From Guillardia theta CCMP2712 (taxonomy: Eukaryota; Protista; Cryptophyta), in assembly GCF_000315625.1 (NCBI RefSeq), contig NW_005434601.1, forward strand, positions 75,122-125,482: a DNA stretch of 50,361 nucleotides. The letters run 5' to 3'. The position numbers were made by a program, and so were the translations under genes. Position 1 is the stretch's first letter; each line of letters starts with the position of its first letter. The notes under the pieces were generated by a model, which saw only the letters and a program-made list of their open reading frames with translations, was not told the DNA's origin and searched no databases. This document shows, piece by piece, positions 47,701-50,361 of the stretch.

Positions 47701-49612
47701 GCCTTCTGGCTCAGAAATCATCCCTCGTTGTTTGCTCAACGAGGAGCAAGTTGTCAGGACAGTTCGAAACTTCCTGGAGAGGGCGAAGATGGCGGGAGTT
47801 CTTCCTACGAGGGACTTCAGCATCGCTCGCATCCTCTCTTCAAACGCTCCTCCCCTCCTCGAGATTGCCCAGATGGTCGCTGACTCCAGCTTCATCATCG
47901 CCCCTCATGGAGGAAGCTGCTACAACGCGCTGTTTGCGAGGAGGTGACATGATGTGAATGTTTGTCTTGACTCGCCCTAACGCGAGTCGAAGGGGAACTG
48001 TCTTTATTGAAATCGTCCCAACTCTTGGAGATGTACACTCTGTCTTCAGGTTCCTGTCTCCCCTCGGGCTCAGAGTCTGGTTGCTTGCTGTCCCCGGTAA
48101 GACTTTGACGCTTCTTGTCCATCTTAGCTGACGTGAGCTGGAAGGAGGTACCCATTTCCCATCGCCTTCTCATCCTTTCGTGGTCGATCCCGTCAAAGTT
48201 GTCAAAGTTTTGTCGGCGGAGCTGCGGACGGGAAATAGAGGTCTTGACAGCATGATAGCATCTGTCTCCTGCAACCTGTCAAGTGCGTCAACGGTCGAGG
48301 ACGGTCATCAGACTGTTTTCATTCTCGATGAATCCGCTGCTGCAGTTCAAGTTGAAATCTCTGTTGCCATGAGACTCTTTCGAGATCTGCAACTTTATGC
48401 AGAGATCAACTCCTCCTACGCTGGTTGCATCCTGTCGCTGGAAGTGGACGGGGTCGTCGTAGGTGACTTGGAACATCTGCTTCTCGCCCTCAACCTCCCG
48501 CAGATCAAAGGAGCTGGCGATCAGCGAACAACAGAGTGGTTGTCTTCCAGGTGAAAGCGTTGTATGACAGAGCTCTTGTCAACGTTGTCTTGTGCTCAGG
48601 TGTCTCTCATCAAGGATCGAAATCCAACCTCCAAGGTTGCTTGTGACCTCTGAACTTGTCAACATGCTGGGCTGAAGTGTTTGCAGATTCGCATATTCGA
48701 GTCTGATCCCGGGGAAATGCGTCACCACCTCTCTACAGCAGGTCTGACTCTTACATGGCCCAGCAACCAAATCCTCCACACAGAGAGACTCAGGGTCCTT
48801 GCTCGTTGCCCCTTCCCATCCCACATGATGGAGCGCGAGGGGGAGGGAGAAGTGCTGCGAGTGATAGAGCCTCTTGGTACCCATCAGCTGGCTATCACAG
48901 ACACCATCTTGAGGTGCAGCTTGCTAGTCCGGATGCCTTCTCCAAGGAACAGCTCTTGGTCCTTCCGGATCTCGATCTCTTCCTCCTCGTCGCTGAAAGG
49001 GGAGGATGAAGAGAAGGAGGAGCGGGAGCAGGATCTTCTACCGTGGGTTACTGTCAACTTAGAGCACATGGCTCTCGAGTCAGTGTGTCTCCAAGCTCAA
49101 CTCCAGCTGGAGGATGACGCGAGTCGCGTCCTCAACTTCACATTGTTCGATCCCGCCTCGGCAATTTCATCGTCAGTCACTCGGGAAGTTTTCAGAGGTG
49201 AACCCTTGCCGATCTCCTCTCCTCTCCTCTCCTCTCCTCTCCTCTCCTCTCCTCTCCACTCCTCTCCTGTCCACTCCTCTCCTCTCCTCTAGCCTCCGCT
49301 CCCTTCCCCTCTTTTCCTCACTCTCTTCACATCCAGGCTGTCCCTCGTGTCCTCCTGGAACGTTCTTCGAAGACGACGACGATCTTCCCCTCCCTCCTCG
49401 CAGATGTCGGCAGAAGCTCGTGTACGTCTGCAAGGGAGGCTGCGGAGGGATGGGAGATCGGATGATAGGTTGATCTCCTAGTCAAGCACGCGCTTCTTAC
49501 TGTTGTGATACAGGCATGCTCAACGTCTACCTGCTCTCCGTGGTTCTCAACAGGTACCAACTCCCCTGAACCTTCAACCACCACCTCCTTCTCCTCTACC
49601 ACCACCACCACC

Positions 49613-49659
<47 letters not shown>

Positions 49660-49703
49660 GATCGTCGTCGTCGTCGTCGTCATCATCATCATCATCATCG
49701 TCG

Positions 49704-49750
<47 letters not shown>

Positions 49751-50361
49751 GTCATGCTACTTCTCCTATTCCTTTCTAACCTTCAATGTTGTCAGATGTT
49801 TTCGCATTCACAGTATCCACCCGGACTACCTCGAGAGGTTCTTTCGACCGCCTTTCCCACCATCTTACATGCCTTCAGATGGCTCGTCCCCAACGACTAC
49901 GACTGGCGGGTTGACCCGGACGCTCCATACGACGTCCTCCTGTCCTGGGTCAACAGAGTCCCAGAGGACGAAGAGATTGAGCTTGTTGAAGGTGGCGGGA
50001 GGGAGCAGAAGGTGGGAGGAGCTGAGAGCTTGTGAGCAGCGTTGAACTTGACTTCCATCGGTATCATGACGAACGTCAACATGTTTGCTGCTATCAAGGT
50101 GGAGCAACATCAACGTCACTCCCTCACTCTCACTACTTCACCCCCCACAGGGTCGATACCCAGGGACTAGATTCATCAACTGGAATCAGAAAGCATGGTT
50201 TGGGCCGTTCTACAGAAAGTAAAACGCTCTCCATGTCACCTCGACTGGGCCTGACGGGAGAACTGCAGGATGTTCGCGCTAGGAGAAGAATCTTTGAAAG
50301 TCTTCGATTCCATGATGCAACATTGGAATCACGATGTGCGATCGCACTCGCTCCTCTCCTC
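44730..50361 (+). CDS. Large secretory-pathway multi-domain glycosyltransferase (CgeB/Glyco_trans_1_2-like + GT61-like + fucosyltransferase-like); 3' end beyond the window
   Basis: Signal peptide MLLHLLLLLLLTEG. Domain 1: VFNVIAQGGLVF...LEDGRHVVLYD...DLVQKIRYY...RHTLKTR. Domain 2: WQHFLQDFLP...VVVFSRR...RCLLNEEQV...IIAPHGGSCYNALFARRGTVFIEI. Domain 3: KLVYVCKGGCGGMGDRMIGMLNVYLLSVVLNR. I traced in-frame GT-AG joins across the whole span. Confidence 0.8.
49598..49755. repeat. Compound trinucleotide microsatellite (CAC)n-(CAT)n-(CGT)n in intron 49553-49796
   Basis: Directly visible. Confidence 0.97.

Noticed and set aside
49327-50035. Poly-Met/poly-Ile ORFs (likewise poly-Gln/His/Leu at 2100-2687)
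   Set aside because: They are intronic trinucleotide microsatellites.

Overview
Gene-dense eukaryotic nuclear DNA with many short (~45-55 nt) spliceosomal introns, some expanded by microsatellites. The style suggests a cryptophyte alga (Guillardia/Hanusia-like); this is an inference, not a database match. Most ORFs in the supplied track are exon fragments or shadows of repeats, so I assembled genes by hand from splice sites. About 13 genes are supported: a giant type II membrane Cys-rich repeat protein (runs off the left edge), a glucosidase II beta (PRKCSH-like) domain protein, a secreted unknown, AMMECR1, PDE6D, a membrane-anchored unknown with a nearby partial duplicate, a small Gly/Pro/Asn/Trp-rich protein, an ABCC transporter, a PPR-like protein, ClpB/Hsp100, a tandem-SPRY protein, PIG-H, and a large multi-glycosyltransferase (runs off the right edge). 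The most notable observations are: (1) the PPR-like protein is built from 40-aa repeats rather than 35/37/38-aa ones; (2) three different glycosyltransferase-type domains appear spliced into one polypeptide; (3) a short dispersed fold-back element family shares one AT-rich head but has different tails; (4) the ClpB carries an extra N-terminal Tudor/SH3-like module. Gene boundaries are manual and approximate where stated.
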